In this document: positions 27,171-41,206 of the stretch, in pieces
Layout: the number at the start of each line of letters is the position of its first letter
How positions within the stretch are numbered: the first letter of the stretch is position 1
Source: Eledone cirrhosa
Lineage: Eukaryota
Reading direction: 5' to 3'
DNA: 64,000 nt
Assembly: GCA_964016885.1 (NCBI GenBank)
Contig: CAXHJY010001325.1
Location: forward strand, 1 to 64,000
Position numbers and translations under genes: made by a program
Notes under the pieces: generated by a model
The model's input: the letters and a program-made list of their open reading frames with translations, nothing else
Told to the model about the DNA's origin: nothing
Database searches by the model: none

Positions 27171-27830
27171 ATCATCATCATCAACGTTTAACGTCTATCT
27201 TCCACGCTAGCATAGGTTTAGACGGGAATTGTCCCACTTGAGGCAAGATTGGTCGTCTCACTCTTATAGGACTGTCTGGCAGGTTTTCTATGACTGGATG
27301 CCCTTCCTAACACCAACCACGTTTACAGTGTGGACTGGGAGGTTTTTACCGTGTTGCCTACACGGCCACATTACAGCGTGGACTGTGTGTTTTTTGTCAT
27401 GACACCTACACGACCTCATTTGTTTAGGACTGGATGTTGTGGCACCAACATAACATTACAGAGAAAGGGGTGGTGTTGATGGGGATGGGGGAGTTGGGGT
27501 AGTGGGATGGGGGTGTATATTTGATTAAGAGGTGGCTACTGACTAGGTTTCGCTTTGTACTTAGGCAAGGCGGGTCTTCTGTATTACTACGTAGCGCCAA
27601 AGATCTCGGTCCAGTGACATTGTCTTGGAGAGGTGTAAGTGTGTAAGGTCGGAATTTATCAAGTCGTCCCAGGTTTTTCTGGGTCTGCCTACTCCGTAAC
27701 TTCCATCAATTTTGATCGCCCTGCACTTTTTTATACAGCTGTTGTCTTTCATGCGCATCACGTAACCATACCAACGTAGTCTTCTCTCGAGTAAACAGCA
27801 TCTGATCCCTTTTATACCTAATTTCTCAGT
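27171..27830 (-). mobile_element. RTE-B-related LINE 3' end (diverged subfamily)
   Basis: [25 protein letters not shown]...QKTRLA*, 3' UTR and (GAT)n tail. Confidence 0.9.
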
Positions 27831-27833
27831 TAT

Positions 27834-27867
<34 letters not shown>

Positions 27868-27868
27868 T

Positions 27869-28853
27869 TAGAAATAGTCAACACTTTCCGTAACCAGGGT
27901 GATGAAATCAGCAGTGGAGGAAGGTGTTTCGAAAGTACAGTGGCCAGAGTAAGAACAGGATGGGGAAAGTTCAGAGAGCTAATACCGCTGTTAGCTACAA
28001 AAAGTTTTTCCCTAAAATGAAGGGCAGATTGAACGATGTATACGAACAGCAATGTTACATGGTAGTGGGATCTGGGCACTGTGCACAGAGGACATGCGAA
28101 AATTGGAAAGAAATGAAGCATGCATGCTCCGATGGATATGTAATAGTAATATACACAAATGGCAAAGCGTAAATGTGAAATTAGGCATAAGAAGGATCAA
28201 AGGCAGTATACTAGAGAGGAGATTGCATTGGTATGGTCATGTAATGCATATGAAGGACAACAGCTGTATAAAAAGGTGCAGGGTAATCAAAATTGATGGA
28301 AGCTATGTTGTAGGAAGACCCAGGAAGAATGGGACAAGGTGATAAAACCTGATTTTGCACAATTGCACCTCTCAAAGACAATGACACAGGATCAAGATCT
28401 TTGGCATTATGCAGTAATACAGAAGACTCGCCTTTCCTTGTGGACAGACTCAAACATACTTCTAGTAAGCACCTTTTAACCATTTAATCCACTATACCTC
28501 CTTCCATACACCCCCACAACTTACATCATTCTCCCACTTCTGTCCACACCACCCTTACACTGTAAAGTTATGTTGTTATCACAAAAACATCTAACCCATA
28601 CTGTAAAGTGATCGTGTAGGTGTCACAACAAAAAGCGCTCAGCCCACACTGTAAAATGGTCGTGTAGGTGTCATGACAAAAAGCACCCAGCATACACTGT
28701 AAATGTGGCAGGCATTAGGAAGGGGATCCAGCTTTAGAAATCTAACCAGAAACTGTCCTATATAAGCAAGACACGGTCATCTGATACAATCTGGGACAAT
28801 CCGTCTAACCCATGCTAGCGTGGAAGATGTAAGTTAATCGATGATGATGATGA
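27869..28853 (+). mobile_element. Older RTE LINE 3' end, frameshifted
   Basis: MLHGSGIW...ERRLHWYGHVMH...GRPRK; tail ccatgctagcgtggaag..(gat)n. Confidence 0.88.
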
Positions 28854-29430
28854 TATTGTTATACTTTGGGAGGGTCATGCTGCCAATAAAAATACATGCA
28901 CCTGTTGGTTTTCACTTCAATTTATTATACATTTCTGGTTGGTTGGTTGGTTCAATAACGGGATGGTTGTTTATATATTGTCAAAGCTCTTTCGTCACAC
29001 ATTCTGTGACCTCCTCAGTGACTGGGTTTTTATTTTGTGTCTCTCCTTTGGTCTGTCCTACAGAATCTTGTTTTTGTGTGTTATGTGCTGTGTGCTTGGT
29101 TTGCGCATGTGTTACATCCAGGTGTGTGTGTTTTTATTTATTAGTGTTTATTTACTTGTCACTAGTTAGTTGGTTGTTTGTTCTAGCTGTGTGTGTGTCT
29201 CATTTGTTTTATTAGTTTGACTTTTGTGTGTCTTTATTTTGTCTTTAATTACTAGTTGTGATGTTATTGCTATTCCACTCATGTTTTCTGTTTAATTTTG
29301 GTTGGAGTTCGTTTATGTTTGTTGCCTCTGTAATTTGTCTGAGCATTGCATCTTTTCTGTGTGTGTATATAATTTTTATCTATATGTTCTATTTTGGCAT
29401 TTTGGTGGAGTACTAATGAGTTTTTCCCAT
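28854..29430 (-). mobile_element. Penelope-like 3' end (family P4, diverged copy)
   Basis: Alignable to 39045-39690; includes the GIY-YIG C-terminus and a hammerhead. Confidence 0.8.
28980..29023 (-). ncRNA. Minimal hammerhead ribozyme (P4)
   Basis: gtca-CTGAGGA-g.gtcaca.gaatg.tgtgac-GAAA-gagc-TT-tgac. Confidence 0.7.
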
Positions 29431-30231
29431 CTGACCATGTGCTTATATAAGAAACCATTATCTAATGCTTGAAAATGAATTAGGACTATCTCAGATTAAG
29501 TTTAGAGGGGTGTGGGAGACAAGGAGAGAATGTAAAGACCTTCAGTATATGTATAAACAGTTGATGGTGTGTCGGTGGTTAGATAAAAACTGCCTGTAAA
29601 CCGAATTTTGCAACATGATTTCTATTTCACCTGCAGCCCTTTCTTTCTTTCATCACTAATTCCCTAAAGAAAGACATTAACACAACTTGCATTTAAATTC
29701 GTATGAACTTTGATTTCTTTAGTATGTAATCAATTAGGTGTTCAATAAAGGATTTATGAAATTTGTATTATTTAAACTCATTTCCCAGGCAGGTGTACGT
29801 AAATACAAATTGTAATTTGTTGTTTTAATTTTCAATGTAGTAAGTTGATATGTTTGGTTAGCATTTTGAAGGTAAAAATTATGTTTTTTTTTAGTGTTTT
29901 AAACAAAGATGGTCTCCAAAACCGCTGTAAATTACCCATTTTCTGTGGTTCCTCAACCACAGAACTCCATTACAGATGCCCTGGAGACAGGTGTAATAAT
30001 AAAAATTTACAGAAAGTTTAATAAAATTTTGAAACTTCTCCACCCACTTTGGTGAATTTAAATAAATGCCAGAGATGATAACAAAGGGAATGAATTAGAT
30101 ATTTTCCTCTAACAAAACACAAACTAGATTTTCTTTCAGAGATGAACTTTCGATTACATTGGTCTTTGTATATTTCTACAATACTTTCATAAGAAACTAC
30201 AATAACAATACTGAAGGTTGCTAATCATATC

Positions 30232-30469
30232 AGTAGGTAGGTATGGAGGTAAGTAGGTAGGAAGGAAGATATGGAGGTAGGTAAGAAGGAAGGTAGGTAG
30301 GTACGGTACAGAGATAAGTAGGTAGGTATGGAGGTAAGTAGGTAGGAAGGTAGGTAGGTAGGTATGGATATAGGTATGGAGGTAAATAGGTAGGTACTTA
30401 GGAAGGTAGGTAGGTATGGAGGTAGGTAGGTAGGTATGGAAATAGGTAGGTAGGAAGGTAGGTAGGTAG
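30232..30469. repeat. (AGGT)n-based degenerate microsatellite
   Basis: aggtaggtagg / gtatggaggt units. Confidence 0.9.
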
Positions 30470-30564
30470 ATGTCTGTGTATGAGAGAGTGACCTAGAATT
30501 TGGTTTAGTGGAGGCAAGTGTACAAGGACTAGGAGGAGATGTGAGAAAGAGACAAAGAAAAATT

Positions 30565-31060
30565 CCCTCACCACAAGGGACACTGTATGCCCCCATATAT
30601 ACTCACTCACCACAAAGAAAACTGCAGTTTCCTTCTAAAGGTGAAAGGAGATACCCCCCCCCCCCTCCATACACACTCACTCATCACAAAGGACACTGAA
30701 GTTTCCCTCTAAAGGTGAAAGGAGATACCCTCCACACACACAATCACTCACCACAATTAAGGGACATTGCAGTTTTCCTTTAACCCTTTAGCATTTACAT
30801 TATATATACTATTGTATTTTCGTGGTAAAGGCTTTACCTCATATAATTATTTCATAATATCGAATCTGAGATTTTGAGGTTATTTTGAGAACAATACTTT
30901 AACGTCAGTATGAGCAGCCAGTTACAACCGGTTTGAACAGAAAGAGGTGAGAGGATTCTGGCCAAATATGGCCAGTTTAAATGTTAAAGGGTTAAGCAGG
31001 GAGAGTAGAGAGAAGACCCACAAATTCACTTACCACAAAGGACACTGTAGTTTCCCTCTA
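30565..31060. repeat. ~70-bp degenerate tandem repeat interrupted by a MITE
   Basis: cactcaccacaaagggacactg.agtttccctctaaaggtgaaaggagataccc occurs about 5 times. Confidence 0.75.
30784..30991. mobile_element. piggyBac-like MITE
   Basis: TTAA-CCCTTTAGCATTTA ... TAAATGTTAAAGGG-TTAA: TTAA TSD and CCC/GGG termini. Confidence 0.8.
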
Positions 31061-31111
31061 ATATATTTTTAGGTAAGCCAACACAATTTACGATATTAAA
31101 TTAAAGAAATG

Positions 31112-31228
31112 AAATTTTTTTTTATCCACATCATAAATTTTTTTTTATCCACATCATAAATTTTTTTTTATCCACATCATAAATTTTTTTTTACCCACAT
31201 CGTGAAATTTTTTTTACCCACATCATAA
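31112..31228. repeat. ~23-bp tandem repeat, 5 copies
   Basis: aaattttttttt(t)atccacatcat. Confidence 0.9.
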
Positions 31229-32354
31229 AGATTTTAAATAAAACACGTGAGAAGACAAGATGATTAATCACAAACACAAACACCATCCATCATGTGAAAG
31301 TCACTAACCATTGAGACATCAATTTAATATAACAAACAGGAAGTCTCCGTTGAAATTCATCAGGGATTATATGCATATATATATACATATATACACACAC
31401 ATATATATATATACACATATATATATATATATACACATATATATACATGTATATATACACACATATCTATACATATATATACACACATATCTATACATAT
31501 ATATACACACATATAAGTATATATATATGTACATGTATATACACACATATATATATATACATATATATACACACATATATATATATACATATATATACAC
31601 ACATATATATATATACATATATATACACACATATATATATACACATATATATACATATATATATATACACACATATATATACATATATATACACACATAT
31701 ATATACATATATATACACACATATATATACATATACACACATATATATACATATATATACACATATATATATACATATATATACACACATATATATATAC
31801 ATATATATACACACATATATATATACATATATATACACACATATATATATACATATATATACACACATATATATATACATATATATACACACATATATAT
31901 ACATATATATACACACATATATATACATATATATACACACATATATATACATATATATACACACATATATATACATATATATACACACATATAAGTATAT
32001 ATATATATATGTACATGTATATACACATATATATATATATACATATATACACATATATATATACATATATACACACATATATATATACGTATATACACAT
32101 ATATATATACATATATACACACATATATATATACGTATATACACACACATATATATAGACATATATAAGTACATATATATGTACATGTATATACACATAT
32201 ATATATATACATATATATATATACACACACATATATATATATACATATATATATATACACACACATATATATATATATAGACATATATAAGTACATGTAT
32301 ATACACATATATATATACATATATATATATATATAAGTACATGTATATACACAC

Positions 32355-32448
<94 letters not shown>

Positions 32449-32450
<2 letters not shown>

Positions 32451-33302
32451 CGTTTCCATACCAAAATCAACATACTGATTGCGGATTTGGTACGGGTGAT
32501 GAGAAATGTATCCCGCATGTGCAACCCCGAAGAACTAGAGAGACACATACAACACTTCATCCACCGTATGCAGTTCTCTGGCTACAATCAGAGAGATAGA
32601 ATCAGAGTGTATAAAGGAGCCAGAACCAAATGGGAAAAAATGGGAAATAATGACATAAATGGGACCTGCCCCTTGTATAGGAGCAAATTTTGGAATAGAA
32701 TAGAAAGAACTAGGAACAAGGCCAATAGAATAAACTCATGGTATGATAGCAATAAATACCAGAGTGTAATGTTCATCAATACAACCCCTAGAGGCGAACT
32801 AGCCTACAAATTTAGAAGGGCCCTAAATAAACATAATCTCAATATTAAGATAGTAGAAAGACCTGGTACCTCCGTAAAAACACTTATTAGCAAGACATAC
32901 CCGTTCCAAAGACCCTCATGTATAGATAAGAAATGTATAACCTGTAAAATAAGCCCCCATATTAACTGTAAAACTAGAAATGTAGTGTATAGCATAAGAT
33001 GTACTGAAGGACAATGTAGAAACAAAAATATAGTGTACATAGGTGAGACAGCTCGTAGTATAGGGGAACGAATAAATGAACACTGGCGAGACCTCCAAGA
33101 TAACAAAGAATCATCTGTGCTCTACCAACATGCTAAGATAGAACACAGGGGTAGATTAGAGAGCATAGAAATAAAAATAGAATCGACACACAGAAAAGAC
33201 GCAATGTTTAGGCAAATTACAGAGGCAGTAAGCATAAAAGAATTAAAACCAAAATTAAATAGAAAATATGAGTGGAACAGCAACATCACAACTTACAATT
33301 AA
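32449..33302 (+). CDS. PLE RT-thumb / GIY-YIG endonuclease, N-terminally truncated
   Basis: [61 protein letters not shown]. Confidence 0.88.
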
Positions 33303-33609
33303 GGACAAAATGAAAACACACACACACATAGAACAAACAACTTACAATTGAAAACACACACAAAATGAAAACACACACAGGACAAAATGAAAACACACAC
33401 ACACATAGAACAAACAACCAACCAACAATAAATAAATAAATAAATAAACAAATAGAAAAATATAAATAGAAAAATAGAAAAATGAACACAAACACACACA
33501 GACACCCGGATGTGGCGCATGCGCAAACTGAGCACACAACACACACACAGAAACAAAATGGCGTAGGATAGAAGAAAGGAAAGGCACAGAAACGAAGAAA
33601 GGAATCCCC

Positions 33610-33654
33610 AGTCACTGAAGAGGTCACAGAGTGTGTGACGAAAGGACTATGACT
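33610..33654 (+). ncRNA. Minimal hammerhead ribozyme (P4)
   Basis: agtca-CTGAAGA-g.gtcaca.gagtg.tgtgac-GAAA-ggac-TA-tgact. Confidence 0.75.
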
Positions 33655-33798
33655 ATATATATAAACAACTATCTGGTTGTGGAACCAACCAACCAACCAG
33701 AAATTTGTAAATTTGTAAATTTATAAATATATAATAAATTGAAGTGAAAGCAACTGGTGCGTGTGTTTCTTATTGGCAACATGACCTTCCCAAAGTAT

Positions 33799-33929
<131 letters not shown>

Positions 33930-33954
33930 CACATATATATATATATATACACAT

Positions 33955-34013
33955 ATCATCATCATCATCATCATCAACGTTTAACGTCCGTGTTCCACGC
34001 TTGCATGGGTTTG
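33955..34013 (-). mobile_element. Ultra-short RTE-B tail
   Basis: (cat)n-aacgtttaacgtccgtgttccacgcttgcatgggtttgga only. Confidence 0.85.
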
Positions 34014-34025
34014 GAATATATATAC

Positions 34026-34092
<67 letters not shown>

Positions 34093-34125
34093 CATACATA
34101 TATATATATATACATATATATATAC

Positions 34126-34158
<33 letters not shown>

Positions 34159-34385
34159 CACACACACATATATATATACACACACATATATATATACACA
34201 CACATATATATATACACACACATATATATATACACACACATATATATACATATATATATATACACACATATATATACATATATATATATATATCCACACA
34301 TATACATATATACATATATACACACACTCAAATGTATATACACATATATATATAAACATATATATACATATATATACATGTATAT

Positions 34386-34422
<37 letters not shown>

Positions 34423-34518
34423 ACATACATATATATACCTACATACATATATACCTACATACATATATATATATACCTACATACATATATATATATACCT
34501 ACATACATATATATATAT

Positions 34519-35126
34519 GGTGGCTGCCAACTCGTTTTCGAGTACGGCCACTACTTTATATCCATGTAGGAGAACTCCTACCGATGAGCTGAACGAGTGT
34601 AACTTTTTAGTCCAGTCAGCGACTTGAAAACTCTGGTACAAACACTACACTTGTGACAATTATTGACACATAGTGCTGGGCCCATGGTACCATGTGACGA
34701 CATGTGCAGAGAGATCTCCAGATATAAAGCAATGCCTGTGCCGTGAAGCTTTTATAGTGAGCAAAGGCACTGCACAAAGCCAGTCCCACTCTCTTAAACA
34801 AGATGATGTTTACCAAAAAGAAGAACAAGTCAACATCATTGGATACCATCAGGGTTGCAGGTGTTATATCAGAGTTTTCCTTCTCCTAGAATTCTGCCTT
34901 GACAAAGGCTAAGGGGTCATCTCTCCCGGTGATTTTGGATGGCCATTGACTCTTAAGAGCTCCTTTGCTCTTTGACAGGTTTTGTTTTTAGTCCTGCAGG
35001 ATGTCCAAAGTCACCCTCCTCACCAAGAAACCTTGGTGGGGTTGCCAGTTTAGTCGACAACGACCCGAACACGAGACAGGTTGTACTGGGATACATGTTA
35101 CCAGTAACACCAACTCGTTACCTGAC
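34519..35126 (-). mobile_element. NA-RTE, full length
   Basis: Alignable to 8900-9507 with the same ends. Confidence 0.8.
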
Positions 35127-35155
35127 ATAACATATATATATATACATACATACAT

Positions 35156-35559
35156 GGTGGCTGTCAACTCGTTTTCGAGTACGGCCACTACTTTATATCC
35201 ATGTAGGAGAACCCCTACTGATGCGCTGAACGAGTGTGACTTTTTAGTCCAGCCATTGACTTGAAAACTCTGGTACAAACACTACACTTGTGACAATTAC
35301 TGACACATAGTGCTGGGCCCATTGTACCCTATGGTGACAAGTGCAGAGAGATCTCCAGATATAAAGCAATGCCTGTGCCATGAAGCTTTTATAGTGAGCA
35401 AAGGCACTGCACAAAGCCAGTCCCACTCTCTTAACCAAGATGATATTTACCAAAAAAAAGTATAAGTCAGCATCATTGGATACCATCAGGGTTGCAGGTG
35501 TTATAGAGTTTTCCTTCCCCTAGAATTCTGCCTTGACAAAGGCTAAGGGGTCATCTCTC
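35156..35559 (-). mobile_element. NA-RTE, 5'-truncated, head-to-tail with the previous copy
   Basis: Same 3' end; stops at ggggtcatctctc; ~30-bp TA spacer. Confidence 0.8.
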
Positions 35560-35736
35560 ATACATACATACATACATACATATATATATACATAAAAATA
35601 CATATATATATACATACAAATACATATATATATATATATATATACATACATACATATGTATGTATACACCACATAAGAAACGGAGAATCAGTGTGACAAA
35701 TTAAAATCTTTCGAAGTATTAATGCAATATTTGTTC

Positions 35737-35808
35737 CGTCTAAACCCATGCTAGCGTGGAAGATGATGATTCAAAAATATACATATACAGATATGTATAT
35801 ACATATAC

Positions 35809-35848
<40 letters not shown>

Positions 35849-35942
35849 ATATATAAATATATGTATATATAAGTGGATACATATATGTCTAAACCCATGC
35901 TAGCGTGGAAGATAGACGTTAAACGATGATGATGATGATGAT
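35737..35942 (+). mobile_element. Two ultra-short RTE tails
   Basis: gtctaaacccatgctagcgtggaagat..(gat)n at about 35739 and 35887. Confidence 0.75.
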
Positions 35943-36039
35943 ATACATATATATGTATAATATAGAAGTAAATACATATACATATATATGTATACATATA
36001 AGTTACACAATAATCAGAGCTATGTTCAAATCATTTTAT

Positions 36040-36086
36040 TGCTGACAATCGTTTCTTCCAAACTATGGTTTGGAATCATCTGAGCA
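36040..36086 (-). ncRNA. Minimal hammerhead with U4A substitution, within a PLE-like island (36000-36525)
   Basis: tgct-CAGATGA-ttccaaac.cata.gtttggaa-GAAA-cgattg-TC-agca; stem II resembles that at 43754. Confidence 0.65.
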
Positions 36087-36758
36087 CTAGCAATGTTTGT
36101 ACATATAATTAACCTCCTATTCAACATAGATACATGAATATTAATGTTGCCAACAACAGTTTCGTATTTACAGAGTGGAATGGATGCGACATAGATTTCA
36201 AGAGAATTGTACAATAATTAAAATTAAAAATTAAAAGTTAAAAGGCACAGAGTGGAATGCATGCGACAGAGATTAGTATAACAATTAAAGACACTAAGGT
36301 AGAAAGTTACTCGTGAAACGAGGACACTAGCAGTGCATATGCAAGCATATAGAGAGTGCAAGCAAAACGCATATACAGGAAGGAAACAAGCAATGGTACT
36401 AGGCATATATAATTTCTGCGAGGCAAAGGTATCACATAAAACAACATATGTTTACAAGCAGGCAAAGCTGTTTTTGTATTAAAATTATTTTAATACAAAA
36501 TTGAATAATTTTAATACGATTTATTTTATCTATAGATATCTACGTGCTCTGATGTGTTCACCATAGATGTATATATATATATACATATATATAGATATAT
36601 ATTTACATATATATAGATATATATATACATATATATAGATAGATATATATATACATATATATAGATATATATATACACATATATATATATACATATATAT
36701 ACATACATATATATATACATACATATATACATATATATATATATACATATATATACAT

Positions 36759-36805
<47 letters not shown>

Positions 36806-37759
36806 CATATATATACATATACATACATATATATAGATATATATATATACATATATATATATACATATATATACATATACATACATATATATAGATATAT
36901 ATATATACATATATATAGATATATATATATACATATATATACATATACATATATACACATATATATATACATATATATAGATATATACATATATATACAT
37001 ATACATATATACATATATATACATATATATAGATATATATATATACATATATATACATATATATAGATATATATATATACATATATATACATATACAGAT
37101 ATACACATATATATATACATATATATAGATATATACATATACATATATATACATATACATATATATATACATATATATATACATATATATAGATATATAT
37201 ATATACATATATATACATATACATATATACACATATATATATACATATATATACATATATATATACATACATATATATACATATATATATACATATATAT
37301 ACATATATATATACATATATATATACATATATATACATATATATATACATATATACATATATATATACATATATATATATACATATACATATATATATAT
37401 ACATATACATATATATACATATATATATACATACATATATATATACATATATATATATACACATATATATATATACACACATATATATATATACATATAA
37501 ATATATATACATATATATACATATATATATATACATATATATACATATATATATATACATATATATACATATATATATATACATATATATACATATATAT
37601 ATATATACATATATATACATATATATATATATACATATATATACATATATATATATACACATATATACATATATATATATACATATATATACATATATAT
37701 ATATACATATATATACATATATACATATACATATATACATATACATATATACATATACA

Positions 37760-37871
<112 letters not shown>

Positions 37872-37872
37872 C

Positions 37873-37987
<115 letters not shown>

Positions 37988-38109
37988 CATATATATATAC
38001 ATATATATATATACATATATATATATAATTATTAAAATAACAGATTAAAGTTTAAGCAATTTTATTATTATTACTATACATATATATATATATATATACA
38101 TATATATAC

Positions 38110-38146
<37 letters not shown>

Positions 38147-38274
38147 CATATATATACATATATATATACATATATATATATACATATATATATACATATA
38201 TATAGATATATATATATACATATATATATAGATATATATATACATATATATATATACATATATATATATATACA

Positions 38275-38782
38275 CATAATATAAGATCAAAAGATGGTTA
38301 AAGGAGTTCCATGTATTTTATTATGCGCATTTCAAAAACAAACATCATCATGCAATAATATTTGTGTTTTCATCAGATAAAACAGGAGAACATGATATGA
38401 AGGCTAAAAAACACTTGTGGATAGTGCAGTTTTAAATCAACATATCTGCAGTTTTAAATCACATAAACTGCACTATCCACAAGTGTTTTTTAGCCTTCAT
38501 ATCATGTTTTAAATCAACATATCTGCAGTTTTAAATTACATAAACTGCACTATCCACAAGTGTTTTTTAGCCTTCATATCATGTTCTCCTGTTTTATCTG
38601 ATGAAAACACAAATATTATTGCATGATGATGTTTGTTTTTGAAATGCGCATAATAAAATACATGGAACTCCTTTAACCATCTTTTGATCTTATATTATGT
38701 ATACTCCAGTCCTACAAACTGTAGAGTGCTTCTTATCCGATATCTGCATTGCTTTATTGTACTACAATAAAACTCACCTCCT
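38275..38782 (+). mobile_element. P2 element with inverted arm and rearranged centre
   Basis: About 38275-38433 is inverted at about 38522-38700; centre holds a ~74-bp duplication; hammerheads at 38314-38384 (-) and 38590-38660 (+). Confidence 0.82.
38590..38660 (+). ncRNA. Minimal type I hammerhead (P2); mirrored at 38314-38384
   Basis: Same sequence as 18606-18676. Confidence 0.82.
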
Positions 38783-39043
38783 ATATATATATACACATAT
38801 ATATATATATACATATATATAGATATATATATATATACATATATATATAGATATATATATATATATACATATATATACATATATATATATACATATATAT
38901 ATATACATATATATACATATATATATATACATATATATACATATATATATATACATATATATACATATATATATATATACATATATAAACAGATATATAT
39001 ATACATATATAAACAGATATATATATACATATATATACATATA

Positions 39044-39981
39044 TATTGTTATACTTTGGGAGGGTCATGTTGCCAATAAGAAACACATGCACCAGTTGCT
39101 TTCACTTCAATTTATTATATATTTATAAATTTATAAATTTACAAATCTACAAACTTATAAATTTCTGGTTGGTTGGTTCCACAACCAGATAGTTGTTTAT
39201 ATATAGTCATAGTCCTTTCGTCACACACTCTGTGACCTCTTCAGTGACTGGGGATTCCTTTCTTTGTTTCTGTGCCTTTCCTTTCTTCTATCCTACGCCA
39301 TTTTGTTTCTGTGTGTGTTTGTGTTCATTTATCTATTTGTTTATTTATTTATTTATTTATTTATTTATTGTTGGTTGGTTGTTTGTTCTATGTGTGTGTT
39401 TTCATTTTGTCCTGTGTGTGTTTTCATTTTGTCCTTAATTGTAAGTTGTTTGTTCTATGTGTGTGTGTGTTTTCATTTTGTCCTGCGTGTGTTTTCATTT
39501 TGTCCTTAATTGTAAGTTGTGATGTTGCTGTTCCACTCATATTTTCTATTTAATTTTGGTTGTAATTCTTTTATGCTTACTGCCTCTGTAATTTGCCTAA
39601 ACATTGCATCTTTTCTGTGTGTGGATTCTATTTTTATTTCTATGTTCTCTAATCTACCCCTGTGTTCTATCTTAGCATGTTGGTAGAGCACAGATGATTC
39701 TTTATTATCTTGAAGGTCTCGCCAGTGTTCATTTATTCGTTCCCCTATACTACGAGCTGTCTCACCTATGTACACTATATTTTTGTTTCTACATTGTCCT
39801 TCAGTACATCTTATGCTATACACTACATTTCTAGTTTTACAGTTAATATGGGGGCTTATTTTACAGGTTATACATTTCTTATCTATACATGAGGGTCTTT
39901 GGAACGGGTATGTCTTGCTAATAAGACCAGGTACCTCCGTAAAAACACTTCTTAGCAAGACATACCCGTTCCAAAGACCCT
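39044..39981 (-). mobile_element. Penelope-like element (P4), 5'-truncated with a short inverted arm
   Basis: GIY-YIG C-terminus 39506-39925 near-identical to 32883-33302; hammerhead at 39205-39249; plus-oriented arm 39923-39981. Confidence 0.9.
39205..39249 (-). ncRNA. Minimal hammerhead ribozyme (P4)
   Basis: Reverse complement of 33610-33654. Confidence 0.75.
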
Positions 39982-40032
39982 GTATATATATATATGTATA
40001 TATATGTATATATATATATATGTATATATATG

Positions 40033-40116
<84 letters not shown>

Positions 40117-40124
40117 CATATATA

Positions 40125-41206
40125 AAATACGTAGTTAAGAAAGCCACAACAATGCAGAGGGAAATCTCGAGGTAGGAAGTGAATAATAGATAGGAGAAAC
40201 AGGAGAAAGTGAAAATTGAGAGAGACAAAGATGAAAACAAAACAAAGGTAGAAGGGTTACCGTAGTGGAGATTTAATCCCAATATTTCGGGCTCACGCCC
40301 ATCAACGGGGGAAAGTTCCAAAAGGGGGGGGAACAGGCCAAGCGGAGAAAGTTGTGATGTCGTTAAGACAGGAATGCCGTTATGGGGAGAAAATTATTTA
40401 AAATTTAAACGAGGGAAAGAATGCGCGTGATAGGCTGTGGCAAAAGCTACTGACCAAATGGGTTAAATCAAGAGGGTGCGCTAGCGTGTGAAAGCCGTAA
40501 AATATGTGTGTGAAAATATATATGTGTGTGTAACTGTGTGTGTATAAGTGTAAGTGTGTATATGTGTGAGTGTGTGTGTGTGTGAAAGATAGTGGGCTGT
40601 AGAAGCTGGAAATCAAAGGGTGTGAAAGGTGGTAGGTTGTAAAACATGTGCGTGTATAAATATAGATGTGTGTGTGTGTAAGCGTATGGGTATACATGTG
40701 TGTGTAACTGTGTGTGTATATGTGTGAGTGCGTGTGTGTGTGAAAGATAGTGGGCTGTAGAAGCTGGAAATCAAAGGGTGTGAAAGGTGGTAGGTTGTAA
40801 AAACATGTGTGCGTGTATAAATATAGATGTGTGTGTGTATGCGTATGGGTATGCATATACGTGCGTGTGTGTGAAGATAGCAGGCCGTAGGCTGTGAATG
40901 GTCACTATGGTTAAGTTAGCCATGTCAGCTCATTTCTCTCAGCCCGGTTGTTAAGTGGGGGTCTGAGGTTCTTAATAACAAGTGCTTCCTTTATCCTTAA
41001 GGATCCGATGCTGCGTTCAGTCGCTAGGACTGTGACCAAGGGTCTACCCTGTGGGTTTCCGCATTTAAGGATGTGTTTACGGAAGGAAGATGCGTTGGTG
41101 TTGATATTTCCTTGATACGAACATGTAGAGGTCGGATGGTGCTACCTATGTAAAACTTGTTACATTTATCGCATTGAATCTTATATACGACATAGGTGCG
41201 TAGGCA
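40125..41206 (-). mobile_element. Penelope-like 3' part (P5): GIY-YIG and long UTR with ~119-bp tandem duplication
   Basis: VVYKIQCDKCNKFYIGSTIRPLHVRIKE, frameshift, LRIKEALVIKNLRPPLN; degenerate hammerhead at 40277-40312 (TTGATG-ggc.gtga.gcc.c-GAAA). Confidence 0.8.

Noticed and set aside
29430-30225. Possible unique exon or element
   Set aside because: No ORF, repeat match or structure that I could support; left unannotated
31112-31228. CRISPR-like array
   Set aside because: Tandem repeat without unique spacers, eukaryotic context, no cas genes
31300-31366. CTGATGA on the minus strand as a hammerhead
   Set aside because: No downstream GAAA, stem III or stem I partner found
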